Source of the DNA: a virus
IMG/VR virus record: IMGVR_UViG_3300029258_002856
DNA: 64,000 bases
Direction: 5' to 3' (one strand)
Positions 39,601 through 48,124 of this stretch are shown piece after piece. Each line of letters opens with the position of its first letter. Position 1 is the first letter of the stretch. The translations under genes and the position numbers were made by a program. The notes under the pieces were generated by a model, which worked only from the letters and a program-made list of their open reading frames with translations, made no database searches and was not told the origin of the DNA.

Positions 39601-39826
39601 CATAGATGCTTTTCTCCAGGGACCGGGGAATCCTGCGGATTCGATTATCCAGAGAATCACGAATGTAGGGGACGCTCCGGACTATCCGCCGAACGCAGAC
39701 GGCACATGGGATATAATTACAGCAGGTTTTGGTGTGCCCCAGACACGGCAGGACTGGGATACAGCTTTACGGCGTTATCGTGCTATCGTACGTGGTGAGG
39801 GGCGGTACGCAACACCGCAATTGTAG
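36656..39826 (+). CDS. Baseplate hub-like protein with an internal soluble lytic transglycosylase domain
   Basis: YNIPAAMVYGIVERESGF...GGLMQL SLT motif; ATG 36656 overlaps the upstream TGA. Confidence 0.72.
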   Translation: MAQRDFTNYTVNVPHQAAWLVYFNGVEVPVVSVQCQFGVWQIPELRITMVPHVILQRLGFEDRIQVEVFYLDEWFDPSNPEFKFLAEFEIVGWSYTNMGTSRFIEVQCRAQTQIMEQLYFYYMSAVDDIVVNSSPATAQNPNLYSQSMVYYPASLFLEGLVRQTESSDSGTVSTGPEGFVRSPFEFVSNVFKALLAPIDVTAESASTAEPGKLPANAASVAGRNFFARWMNLTDFRRRWAGLPYFDSDDAKSIEGCFPLLKATQSTEVMNALQQHLGQSIGHSGSMWQLLQTIYSTMFFEIVTIPGPPVVSIQKKTGLLKGAANRRKNGSVIRNSANTFGGILHHLVKPQCVFAIPPRCNMIFPSMITQYTFQEGYMSQPTRLYLGEKYMSNIVSAQAQGSIQALVGELLTTGYPPVVAKRMELYLTDPKQNTKNFLIYPEEIYKGPVTEQRNAPPWLYILEQKYKASAQTAYEAGDWNRMGRKKIKEAMKPIVSKYAGKYNIPAAMVYGIVERESGFVPNNISWDGGGGLMQLQVAGEWTNPHTGKSKRTVDTVEFAYKLAKRKFGWEGRTLDQVNRLDPDDNLKMGIALLHHYMVKRPKQVTGSPGDPNDLSNVNTKRGILAFKFGASDGSLIWKFKFKPGDDNVYRSDGVTIHESATKSWKRFKAAFTKWKSRDLTPPQTVEETPAVAEPEDTDAQPQAETNAPAEDALQSVFSEASLAGGVNSPLGRLFRLYARYEFYRSRFEKRAGGVTTVFNPYIVPGFPAVIFDEKTSGFDVFGYVTQVTHNLSAAAGSPNMSTSINFAFCRSFPEFIKILRQGVEESVAEQEVSNYDCGPTEPIPDVAEVFQRWSTADDFYRQVFFASVRKKAAFDWEETVAVTDVDSKPLDPSGGTAFDYAKGVLTTPKPKFYDQFRSADAAMLYIARPVCTLRDFVELRHGKSIGDLAKEGGVVKGMDTSFFSSTRAGGRGQVRGGATFWGRIDAFLQGPGNPADSIIQRITNVGDAPDYPPNADGTWDIITAGFGVPQTRQDWDTALRRYRAIVRGEGRYATPQL

Positions 39827-39828
39827 AC

Positions 39829-40539
39829 ATGACGATGCAAAATCGACATCAACGTGACCTTGAACTGTGGCATGAGGCCCGAAAGAAGCGTTTTCAGGAC
39901 CCCTCCACGCTGAATGCGTTGCTTCATGAGTTGAACCCCATCATCCAAAAAGAGGTGGGAAAGTGGGGGTCGACGGTTCCGCGGCCTGCACTAGAATCGA
40001 AAGCGCGGATGCTCACTGTTGATGCGTTGAAGAAGTACGACCCCAATCGCGGAGCTGCGGTCGCCACTCACGTTACGAGTCAGATTAGAAAACTCTCACG
40101 GCACGTCTACCCGTACCAGAACGTGGCACGTCTGCCGGAGAATAAGCAGCTCAACTACAATGCATTCCAGATTGCACAGAATCGTTTGGTGGATACGTTA
40201 GGGCGCGACCCTACCGTAGACGAGATGGCGGACCAACTTGGGTGGCCCCAGCGTAAGGTTACGGACTTTCAGCACTCATTTGCTCGTCGCGAACTGGTGG
40301 AATCCGAGGGTGCGTACATTGAAGGAGATGAGACACAAGAGCCGGTTGTGGACTTTTACTATCACGGGCTCAGCCCCACCAATCGCCGACTCTTTGAGGA
40401 CATTACGGGGTATAACAACCAGCGCCCGATGACGAATCAGCAGCTCATGCGTAAGCATCAGTTGACCCAAGGACAGTTGAGCTACCGCAAGCGGAAGTTC
40501 ACTAACGACCTTCAACGGATACAGCGCGGGCAGTACTGA
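39829..40539 (+). CDS. RNA polymerase sigma-factor-like protein
   Basis: Region-2-like ALKKYDPNRGAAVATHV; region-3 LGRDPTVDEMADQLGW. Confidence 0.75.
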   Translation: MTMQNRHQRDLELWHEARKKRFQDPSTLNALLHELNPIIQKEVGKWGSTVPRPALESKARMLTVDALKKYDPNRGAAVATHVTSQIRKLSRHVYPYQNVARLPENKQLNYNAFQIAQNRLVDTLGRDPTVDEMADQLGWPQRKVTDFQHSFARRELVESEGAYIEGDETQEPVVDFYYHGLSPTNRRLFEDITGYNNQRPMTNQQLMRKHQLTQGQLSYRKRKFTNDLQRIQRGQY

Positions 40540-41954
40540 TGGCGTTGACGGATAACCAGCTGGAGAAGCTGCTCGCGGCAGAAGAAGAGAATCTGACGTC
40601 GGGTAAGTACCTGGCAGACCACACTATCTTCAACGCGGAGGATGCGACAGGAGCCCCTGACGCCCCTTCCTGGCTCGAGGTACTAGGAGACTTCTCCGGG
40701 TACCTCTACCAGAATGTCATGAGCTTCCTGAATGCGGGGACTCTGGCTTCCCCGGAAGTTACGCGGCGCAACCGCGTGTTGAACTCAGAAGGTTTTCCGT
40801 CAGACGTGAAGGTGCGCTACACCTATGCTGCTCCTGGTTCGTATGTGCCATGGACGAAAGACGATAACCGCGAAATCAAGCAAATCGTTCTGCATTCGTT
40901 CGGACAGCAATGGCATGCCTTTCAGTCCAGCGGTAAGTGGATGGGGAAGATGAACCAGCGGAACGGCCTCATCTCGCACTTTGTTGAGATTGGGAGCTTG
41001 GAATCTCTGGTTTGGATACCTACCGGTACGAATACGGCACTAGGGTATGCCCAGTGGGACCGCTTTTCGTCCGCACTCCGAGCGCTTGTGAGTGCCCCGC
41101 AACCTGTCACCGCAGTACATTTCCTGATTGACCGCGCAGGCAATCTGTATGTGATGGCGGACTGTAACGACATCATCAATTCTTCTGGAGTGCTCAGCGA
41201 TACGTGCATTTCAATTGGGCTTGAAGAGGCCCTATACATGCCTGGAGATGCGCAGGGCAATCGCCCGGCGACCGCGACGTGGCTTCCGGGGGGGACGCCG
41301 CCCGGCACTGAAGGGACGTTGCAGCATTGGGATTACTCGGTTTACCAATACCGGACGTTAGCCATTCTCGTTCGCAAATTGCAGAATGCAATTCCGGAAT
41401 TACAGACGGTCGAACATACTACGAGCAAGAATGCCGACGCTTCCTTTACGGGGTATACGATGCACGGCCATATCATCGACAGCGGCTCCGACATCGTGGA
41501 CGTATCCCCGCATTTCCAAGAGGAGAGCAATTGGGATGCGTTCTTCCAACTCGTCTCGCAACAGGGGCATGTTGATGAGTACCTCAGTTTCATCAAGAAG
41601 CGGCCTGGAGTTGAAGGTCGGTTACAGTGGGTAGAGGAAATCATACAGTCGTTGGGGCCAGATGCGCGGGGGGTGACTCGGGGTATTATGACAAATCCCT
41701 CGATCCATATCCTGTCCGGGGTGCATCGTACACACGAGGAAATCAACAAGTCTCGCGCAGACTATCGAGATGAGGCGGCCACTCGGGCAGCTAACGAGAG
41801 TATTGTACAGAAGCAGCGCCAGGGGATAGGGAAGCAGCTTGAAGTGGCTCTGGAGAACCCAACGATTGTGCCTGCGGACTACCCGGAAGACACCTCGGCT
41901 ACAACGCTTGCGGATAGTCGAGGTGGCGGAGTGGATACCGAGGAGCTTTACTGA
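40539..41954 (+). CDS. N-acetylmuramoyl-L-alanine amidase (Amidase_2-like) virion protein
   Basis: IKQIVLHS, VHFLIDRAGNLYV, ISIGLE, QYRTLAILV, HGHI. Confidence 0.72.
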   Translation: MALTDNQLEKLLAAEEENLTSGKYLADHTIFNAEDATGAPDAPSWLEVLGDFSGYLYQNVMSFLNAGTLASPEVTRRNRVLNSEGFPSDVKVRYTYAAPGSYVPWTKDDNREIKQIVLHSFGQQWHAFQSSGKWMGKMNQRNGLISHFVEIGSLESLVWIPTGTNTALGYAQWDRFSSALRALVSAPQPVTAVHFLIDRAGNLYVMADCNDIINSSGVLSDTCISIGLEEALYMPGDAQGNRPATATWLPGGTPPGTEGTLQHWDYSVYQYRTLAILVRKLQNAIPELQTVEHTTSKNADASFTGYTMHGHIIDSGSDIVDVSPHFQEESNWDAFFQLVSQQGHVDEYLSFIKKRPGVEGRLQWVEEIIQSLGPDARGVTRGIMTNPSIHILSGVHRTHEEINKSRADYRDEAATRAANESIVQKQRQGIGKQLEVALENPTIVPADYPEDTSATTLADSRGGGVDTEELY

Positions 41955-42400
41955 TGCCTTACGACATTCACTTTCAACCAGTTCCGCAAGACGCATCCAA
42001 AGGTCTGAAGGTCTTCACGTTCGGGTTCAAAGCCGCGCTCAAGGTCAAAGGACCGCAAGCCTTGGTTAATCGATGGGCAAAAACGTTTATGACTCCGTTG
42101 GGAAGTGACCCGCGAGACCCGGATGCGGGAACTGAATTCGCTAACATGGTCGGCGGAAACTTGAGTCTTCGCTCCCCTGAGGTGCAGGACGTAATCACGG
42201 TTTCGATTGATGAGACGAATGAGCAAGTGCGAGAGCAGGACCTCGAAGGAGACTACGACGCCAACGAGAGTCTACTGAACGCACGACTGATTGGTTTCAA
42301 GCTGAATGACCAGGGTGATGGGGTAGAAATTTGGGTCGAAATCGTTAACCGCGAAGAAGAGCGGTTGACGTTGCGCCTGATGGATTTGGCTACGAGGTAA
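41954..42400 (+). CDS. gp25-like baseplate wedge protein
   Basis: Size, the MTPLGSDPRDPDAGTEF segment and position before the J-like gene. Confidence 0.6.
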   Translation: MPYDIHFQPVPQDASKGLKVFTFGFKAALKVKGPQALVNRWAKTFMTPLGSDPRDPDAGTEFANMVGGNLSLRSPEVQDVITVSIDETNEQVREQDLEGDYDANESLLNARLIGFKLNDQGDGVEIWVEIVNREEERLTLRLMDLATR

Positions 42401-42404
42401 GCGG

Positions 42405-44546
42405 ATGGCACAAATCACACTGTCGCAAAGCGACATCGATGATGCGGAACTTTTTCTCGCTGAATACCTGAGTGAGAAAGTACCGGAGGGGGACTTCAAC
42501 CGTGGGGGAGCGTTACGGGACCTGGCGGTTAAGGCATTCGCCTACCTTTACGCCTACCTTCGCGGGGAAGCGGACCGCATCAGTGTGTCGCAATCCATCA
42601 TGCTCATCGAAGAGGAGCTTGAAAACCTCTCCGAAGGCGGCACGCTGACGGGAGACCCCGTGGATTACGCCCAGATGGTGGACGAGGTGATGTCCAATTG
42701 GTTCGTCACTCGCCGGGGCGGCTCCTATTCATTCGTGACTGGTCTCTTGCATTTCAGTGAGCGTGCGACCGTCAACATCACCAAGGACACCAAGTTCTGG
42801 CGCACAGCGACCTTGGCGTTCTACATTGATGCGGAATCGGACCCTTATGTGATTGCCGGAAGCTCCATGTTGCCGCAGTTCGATGCAAAGGGGACGCTCA
42901 TTGATTATGTGGTGTCGGTGCCATTGCGTGCTGCGCGTGCGGATGCCGCGTACGACATTACGCCAGGGCGTTTCTATCAAGTTGAGGCACCAGGCGGCAT
43001 TCCTTACTTCTCCTACGCAGAGAACAAAGAGGAAGCGGAAGGTGGGACGGGTACTGAAGCGACGGAAGACCTGATTGTCAGGGCACGTACTGCTATCACG
43101 GTTCGTAACCTCATCAATAATCGCTCGTGTGACGCGACTCTCCTGGAGCGATTTCCTGATATCGAGACGACATTCACGGTTGGGATGGGTGAGCCCGAGA
43201 TGATTCGGGACAAGAAGACGGAGATAGCGCGGCACATCCAGCTGCACACCGGAGGGTTCTACGACACCTATGTTGAGATTCCTCTCATCCGGGTGGAAGA
43301 AAGCGGGGTTGTGGGTGGCCTCTACCCGCGGCCGGACAATGTTATCAATGTATTCCGAGACCCGGAACTGACGTACGACACCGCAACTTTCACGTCCTTG
43401 GGCGTGCAAGCTGGGCACATACTGTTCCTGCGGGATGGCATCATCGGAGTTCCCCGAGGCTTCCAGATTGTACGAGTGACAGACCACGAAATTTTCGTGA
43501 GCGAGCAGACGCCATTTCCGGAAGCGTCGGATGAGATGCTCGACAACGAGGTTCGCTATTCCATCGGATGGTTCTCTCCTGATTTCGACCAACTGGATTT
43601 CGACCCGGGTCCCGGGATGGTGTACGAGAGGATTGCGGCTTACAGCACCAACCCCGCTTACTCCCACATTCCACCGGGAACGTCGCGGCGTATCAGTGAG
43701 TCGGGAGTCATGGTTCTTTCCGGGAGGCCCAAGCAGGATATTCTTTCTGTTGAAATCACGGACCCGGACAGCGCAGACGCAGACCTCATTGACCCCTCGA
43801 CGGGAACGTTGCGGTTCACTAACCGCGTGAACGGGACCCCTATCGCGGGCTCTGTTCTTGGCACTTCTGAATATCAGGTTGAGGTCATCAATCCGGAGAA
43901 AGGACAGTCGGCGGAAGCCGTTACTTTCATCCGTGTCGGGTACCTGACGCAGATGGACAAATTCGACGGGAAGAACCTGAAGGTCGCATACCAGTCTCTG
44001 CGAGATTTCAATTCCATTCATGACTGGATAAAAGGCCCGGACACGCGAATCACTTCCGCTAACCATTTACTCAAAGCGCGTCATCCTGTTTGGGTGACGA
44101 TGACGATACCATACAAGCACAAGACGACAGCTACGCGGTTTTTGGACGAGTCAGATGCTGCGCAAACGGTGGCCTCGTTTATTAATCAGTTCGACCCCAA
44201 CGACAACCTCGACATGTCGGACATCGCCACGCAGTTGCGGAACGAATACGATGAGATTGGGTCGATTCCGCCGTTCGACATCTACTACACGCTCAACTCT
44301 CCAGACGGGCAAATTTTGGAGTTCAAGACCACTGATGTTGTCTCCATCTTCTCGCTTCCATCGAACGGGGTGACGCTGGAGAATGGCCCAGACATCATCG
44401 TGCCTGACGAGATGCAAGAGCAGGGAGTCACTGAGATTGCCACAGACAGCGAGCTCAGTAACTACTATGTCCTGCGCGGTATCTCTGACCGAACGGTAGT
44501 GTACCGGACGCGGGCAGACCTGATAACATTTGCGTTGCTGGGGTAG
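42405..44546 (+). CDS. Baseplate J-like wedge protein
   Basis: DFNRGGALRDL near the N-terminus; GGTGTEATEDLIVRAR. Confidence 0.7.
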   Translation: MAQITLSQSDIDDAELFLAEYLSEKVPEGDFNRGGALRDLAVKAFAYLYAYLRGEADRISVSQSIMLIEEELENLSEGGTLTGDPVDYAQMVDEVMSNWFVTRRGGSYSFVTGLLHFSERATVNITKDTKFWRTATLAFYIDAESDPYVIAGSSMLPQFDAKGTLIDYVVSVPLRAARADAAYDITPGRFYQVEAPGGIPYFSYAENKEEAEGGTGTEATEDLIVRARTAITVRNLINNRSCDATLLERFPDIETTFTVGMGEPEMIRDKKTEIARHIQLHTGGFYDTYVEIPLIRVEESGVVGGLYPRPDNVINVFRDPELTYDTATFTSLGVQAGHILFLRDGIIGVPRGFQIVRVTDHEIFVSEQTPFPEASDEMLDNEVRYSIGWFSPDFDQLDFDPGPGMVYERIAAYSTNPAYSHIPPGTSRRISESGVMVLSGRPKQDILSVEITDPDSADADLIDPSTGTLRFTNRVNGTPIAGSVLGTSEYQVEVINPEKGQSAEAVTFIRVGYLTQMDKFDGKNLKVAYQSLRDFNSIHDWIKGPDTRITSANHLLKARHPVWVTMTIPYKHKTTATRFLDESDAAQTVASFINQFDPNDNLDMSDIATQLRNEYDEIGSIPPFDIYYTLNSPDGQILEFKTTDVVSIFSLPSNGVTLENGPDIIVPDEMQEQGVTEIATDSELSNYYVLRGISDRTVVYRTRADLITFALLG

Positions 44547-44549
44547 ACG

Positions 44550-47510
44550 ATGCCACACCCATTTGACATCGGCGATTACGGTCCGTCCCTTTTCAAGGGC
44601 CTTTCTGGTTTCTGGCAGCGTTTTTTCCGGGATACCAAGGACCTCGAGGCCTATTACCAAGCGTCAGAACAGTTGCTAGGTCAAGTGTACCTCGACCTGA
44701 TGAGCACCGTCCTCGGTACCGGCCTGGTGGACTGTCCCATCTTCAACAAGGAGTACTGGAAACTCTTCTTGATAGGAGAGAACGACATTTCCTTCTTGGA
44801 GGGCGAATCAACGTCAGAAGACCGTTACCTCTACGATATGCCCGGTTCAACGGTAGACGTGAGCGTCTTGCAGAATACGATTTTCGAGCCCGACATCACG
44901 TTCGAAAAAGACGTCGACTTCGATGTCGAGAATGACGACGGGCTCCTGCGATTCGTTAACGACCCGTTCCGAACCTTTCAGGATATCGACACTGGTGAAT
45001 GGCTCCCGCGTCCTGGGGTTGCTTGGCGTTGGGCAACCATCGAAGTGGGCAATCAGTTTGCCGACCTTAAACGTCCGGAAGGATTGGATTGGCGTGATGA
45101 TACGGACGTAAAGAAAGGTGATGTCCTACGCCTGCTGGCGTACGCCGGAGCCCAGCAGCAAGAAGGTTCAGACGGGCAATTCATATTCGGCGGTGACCTG
45201 GTGTTTAAAGACGTGGTGTCCCCTGCCGCCTTCACCGAGGCACATATCGGAGACATCATCGAGATTTACGAAGACCCCTCGAATAGCGGTTATCGAGGGT
45301 ATTACGTCGTAAAGGATGTCAATCCCCTGTTTCCGACCCAGGTCTTTCTGGAGTTGACTTACGGTGCGGTGTTGGCGACGAGTGCGGCTAACTTGAAATG
45401 GAGACACTACAAAGGGCTCTATTTCGAGTCTTTCGTGGAGGATTACGAACTGGACTTCATCAGCTCGGACAAACTTATTGGGAACGCGGATACGCCCTTC
45501 CCGCTCGATTACGACGCTCCCATCGTATACTCGGTGGTGCGCTGGCCCTCGGACTACGAGGAGGTGGGCGTAAACGTGAACAACCCTCCGGCGTACGCGA
45601 CTCCGGCTACTACCGTCCTGGGGTACAAACACATTGTGCCGGGAACGGTAGAGGTTTTTGCGTCCCGGAATGATGGCTTTCGTGTTCAAGAGGGAGTTGA
45701 CTATACCGTCGATTATCTGCGCGGGCTCATTCACACCATCCCGTACACGGCTCCGGCCCCTCCCGGCGACCTGACACAGCCGGACTGGAACCCGTCGTCG
45801 CCCTTCCATACTTGTAATTTCCAACACATGAAAGAAGTGCTGATTGGGTCTGGAGGCAAAGTCGAAGAGCGCACGGAAGCTCAGGTGCGTCAGATATCGT
45901 TGTGGGTTCCTGAAATCGAGATTGACCGCTTCACGCTCTACAACAATTTCGGTTACATGCTGAACCGCTTCGAGGTGTCCTCCGACACCTACAAGAAATT
46001 CCTGCGCGGTATCATGTATCTCTATGCGTCGGGACCTATCCTGTATCGGATAAACGCCGCACTGAATGTCGCGGCGGGATTCCCAGTTATCCAGTCGGAC
46101 GGGGAAATCCTGCGGGACTACGATGATGGGGCAGATGGTACAGGGTTTGATGGCCAAATAATTTCGCTCTTCAATCATTTCACTACGCCGTCTTACTCGT
46201 TTTCGGAGTTGGATGTTGGGGGTTACGTTGTGTTCCCCAGCCCTGCCAATGACGCGAACAGAGGCTCTTTCCGCATTCTAGAGGTTGTAGACGAGAATAC
46301 GGTCCTTCTCGAGACCACCTTCGGGCTGGCGGATGAGGGTCCTCCGCTGGAGTGGGCCGTTACCCGTTCGAATGTCCAGACGGTGTACACTGAGACAGCG
46401 GGGGGGCTTGAGCGGCAGTATCAATACCCCTATGGCGTTCCGATGTTGGATTTAGTGCTCGACCCGGACAATTACGACGTCACTTCCTTTTCAGCATTCG
46501 ACTATCTGACGGACGCTTTCCGCGTAGTGGATTACATCGAAGACCCGCAGTGGTGGGTGAACAAGTACATCCCGGAGATTCTGTGGCCTGACCAGGGGGC
46601 AGGGCGGCGGCTAGCGTCTGACGTGTTGTTTCCCAACATCATCGGGCCTCCCGATGATGCTCAAATCGGAGACCCCGGTTTCTTCATTGGTGCGGATGAC
46701 TACGGGAATGTGTTTGCTCCGACGGACCCGTACACGTCTGACCCCGCGCTCTTACATAGGCATAATGCGGCGTTCATCTTGTTCGACCGGTATCTCAAGT
46801 TCCATATGTTTTACATCGGAATTGATGACAGCGTAGAGCTTGATACACAGTTCTTGGCGGACTTGGAAGAACTAATTCTGGTGGTGAAACCGGCGTACAC
46901 GTATCCTTATGTGGAACCGGGAGATGCGTTCTTCGATTCCGCAGAACTGTGGGACGAGTTCCTGATGAACATCATGCTCGACCTTTCGGGAGAGCACGGC
47001 GATAACATCCAAGTAGCGGATGAAAACTACTGGCACATCGGTGACCCCTTCAGCATCGGGGACTATTTCCGGTATGTGCGATATGACGATGAGCCTGCTG
47101 GAGTGTCCAGTCCTCCGCCGCCATGGTTCGCGCTTCCTATTGCGTCGAATGAGCGAATAATCGCCCTCAAAATAAACGCGACGGTGGGCGGACGTGAAGT
47201 GCTGGAAGGAGTCGACTACACGTTTGACTACGACCCTACCTCTCCGACCGCGTGGCGCGTGACTCCCATTACGACGTGGGATGCTGCGGGCTCGGTGACT
47301 TTTGACGCACTAGTCATCGCGCTTACTAACCTGACGTTGGGGACCCCCGACACAACCATTGGGTACACGCCTCTTGCCATTGGTCTCCCGTCACCTGGGT
47401 ATGTGCGCGAAACTCTCACCCCGATTCCTATGGTTACAGAACTCATTGACCGCGCGCTGAGTTTACACATTGATGCTGATTATCCAAACGGGGTGCCCTA
47501 TACTTACTAA
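44550..47510 (+). CDS. Baseplate wedge/tail protein
   Basis: 986 aa following the J-like gene; C-terminal LVVKPAYT motif. Confidence 0.55.
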   Translation: MPHPFDIGDYGPSLFKGLSGFWQRFFRDTKDLEAYYQASEQLLGQVYLDLMSTVLGTGLVDCPIFNKEYWKLFLIGENDISFLEGESTSEDRYLYDMPGSTVDVSVLQNTIFEPDITFEKDVDFDVENDDGLLRFVNDPFRTFQDIDTGEWLPRPGVAWRWATIEVGNQFADLKRPEGLDWRDDTDVKKGDVLRLLAYAGAQQQEGSDGQFIFGGDLVFKDVVSPAAFTEAHIGDIIEIYEDPSNSGYRGYYVVKDVNPLFPTQVFLELTYGAVLATSAANLKWRHYKGLYFESFVEDYELDFISSDKLIGNADTPFPLDYDAPIVYSVVRWPSDYEEVGVNVNNPPAYATPATTVLGYKHIVPGTVEVFASRNDGFRVQEGVDYTVDYLRGLIHTIPYTAPAPPGDLTQPDWNPSSPFHTCNFQHMKEVLIGSGGKVEERTEAQVRQISLWVPEIEIDRFTLYNNFGYMLNRFEVSSDTYKKFLRGIMYLYASGPILYRINAALNVAAGFPVIQSDGEILRDYDDGADGTGFDGQIISLFNHFTTPSYSFSELDVGGYVVFPSPANDANRGSFRILEVVDENTVLLETTFGLADEGPPLEWAVTRSNVQTVYTETAGGLERQYQYPYGVPMLDLVLDPDNYDVTSFSAFDYLTDAFRVVDYIEDPQWWVNKYIPEILWPDQGAGRRLASDVLFPNIIGPPDDAQIGDPGFFIGADDYGNVFAPTDPYTSDPALLHRHNAAFILFDRYLKFHMFYIGIDDSVELDTQFLADLEELILVVKPAYTYPYVEPGDAFFDSAELWDEFLMNIMLDLSGEHGDNIQVADENYWHIGDPFSIGDYFRYVRYDDEPAGVSSPPPPWFALPIASNERIIALKINATVGGREVLEGVDYTFDYDPTSPTAWRVTPITTWDAAGSVTFDALVIALTNLTLGTPDTTIGYTPLAIGLPSPGYVRETLTPIPMVTELIDRALSLHIDADYPNGVPYTY

Positions 47511-47551
47511 GACGTACGTGGTACGTTTACTCGTGCTACGGAGAGAAACAC

Positions 47552-48112
47552 ATGGAATTTAAAGACCTAATGCAACTGTACGGGCGGCTCCAGGTTCGAG
47601 CGTACGACGTCAAGGGGAAACGTCCGAAGTTCCTCTTTCGTTACACGAAGATGAACCAAATCGTCAATGGGGGCCGTGATATCGTACTGGAATTGCTGGC
47701 TCAAATCAGCGGCGACCCGGGACCACAAGGTAACCCGTACTGGAACACCATTTGGTCTTTGAGTGCGGGCGAGGACCCGACTCCCGCTATCGCTACGCAG
47801 ACTCAGCTGGGGGCTCCCGTGTGGACCGGGCAATTGAGCCTTCCTACGGAGCGCGTTTACATCCCGTCCCTGTTCGAAATTAACGTCGTAAAGCAACTCC
47901 CAGCGGGAGAGGCTACTGGAGCGATGCTCGCGGAGGCCGGGTTGTTTGTGAGGGGAGAATATGATGACCCTGCGGCTGCTTCGGTTCCCAATTGGGAGCT
48001 GATTCCGGGACGTAGACTGTATGCCCGTCAGACGCACCCTGTTTTCGAGAAGGGCGCTACGATGGCAGTGATTTACGATTGGCACCTCGGACTGACTGTG
48101 CAGTCATCGTAA
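47552..48112 (+). CDS. Tail-collar/fibre-attachment-like protein
   Basis: NQIVNGGR...LAEAGLF...LYARQTHPVFEK pattern. Confidence 0.5.
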   Translation: MEFKDLMQLYGRLQVRAYDVKGKRPKFLFRYTKMNQIVNGGRDIVLELLAQISGDPGPQGNPYWNTIWSLSAGEDPTPAIATQTQLGAPVWTGQLSLPTERVYIPSLFEINVVKQLPAGEATGAMLAEAGLFVRGEYDDPAAASVPNWELIPGRRLYARQTHPVFEKGATMAVIYDWHLGLTVQSS

Positions 48113-48124
48113 AGGAGAGCGTCG

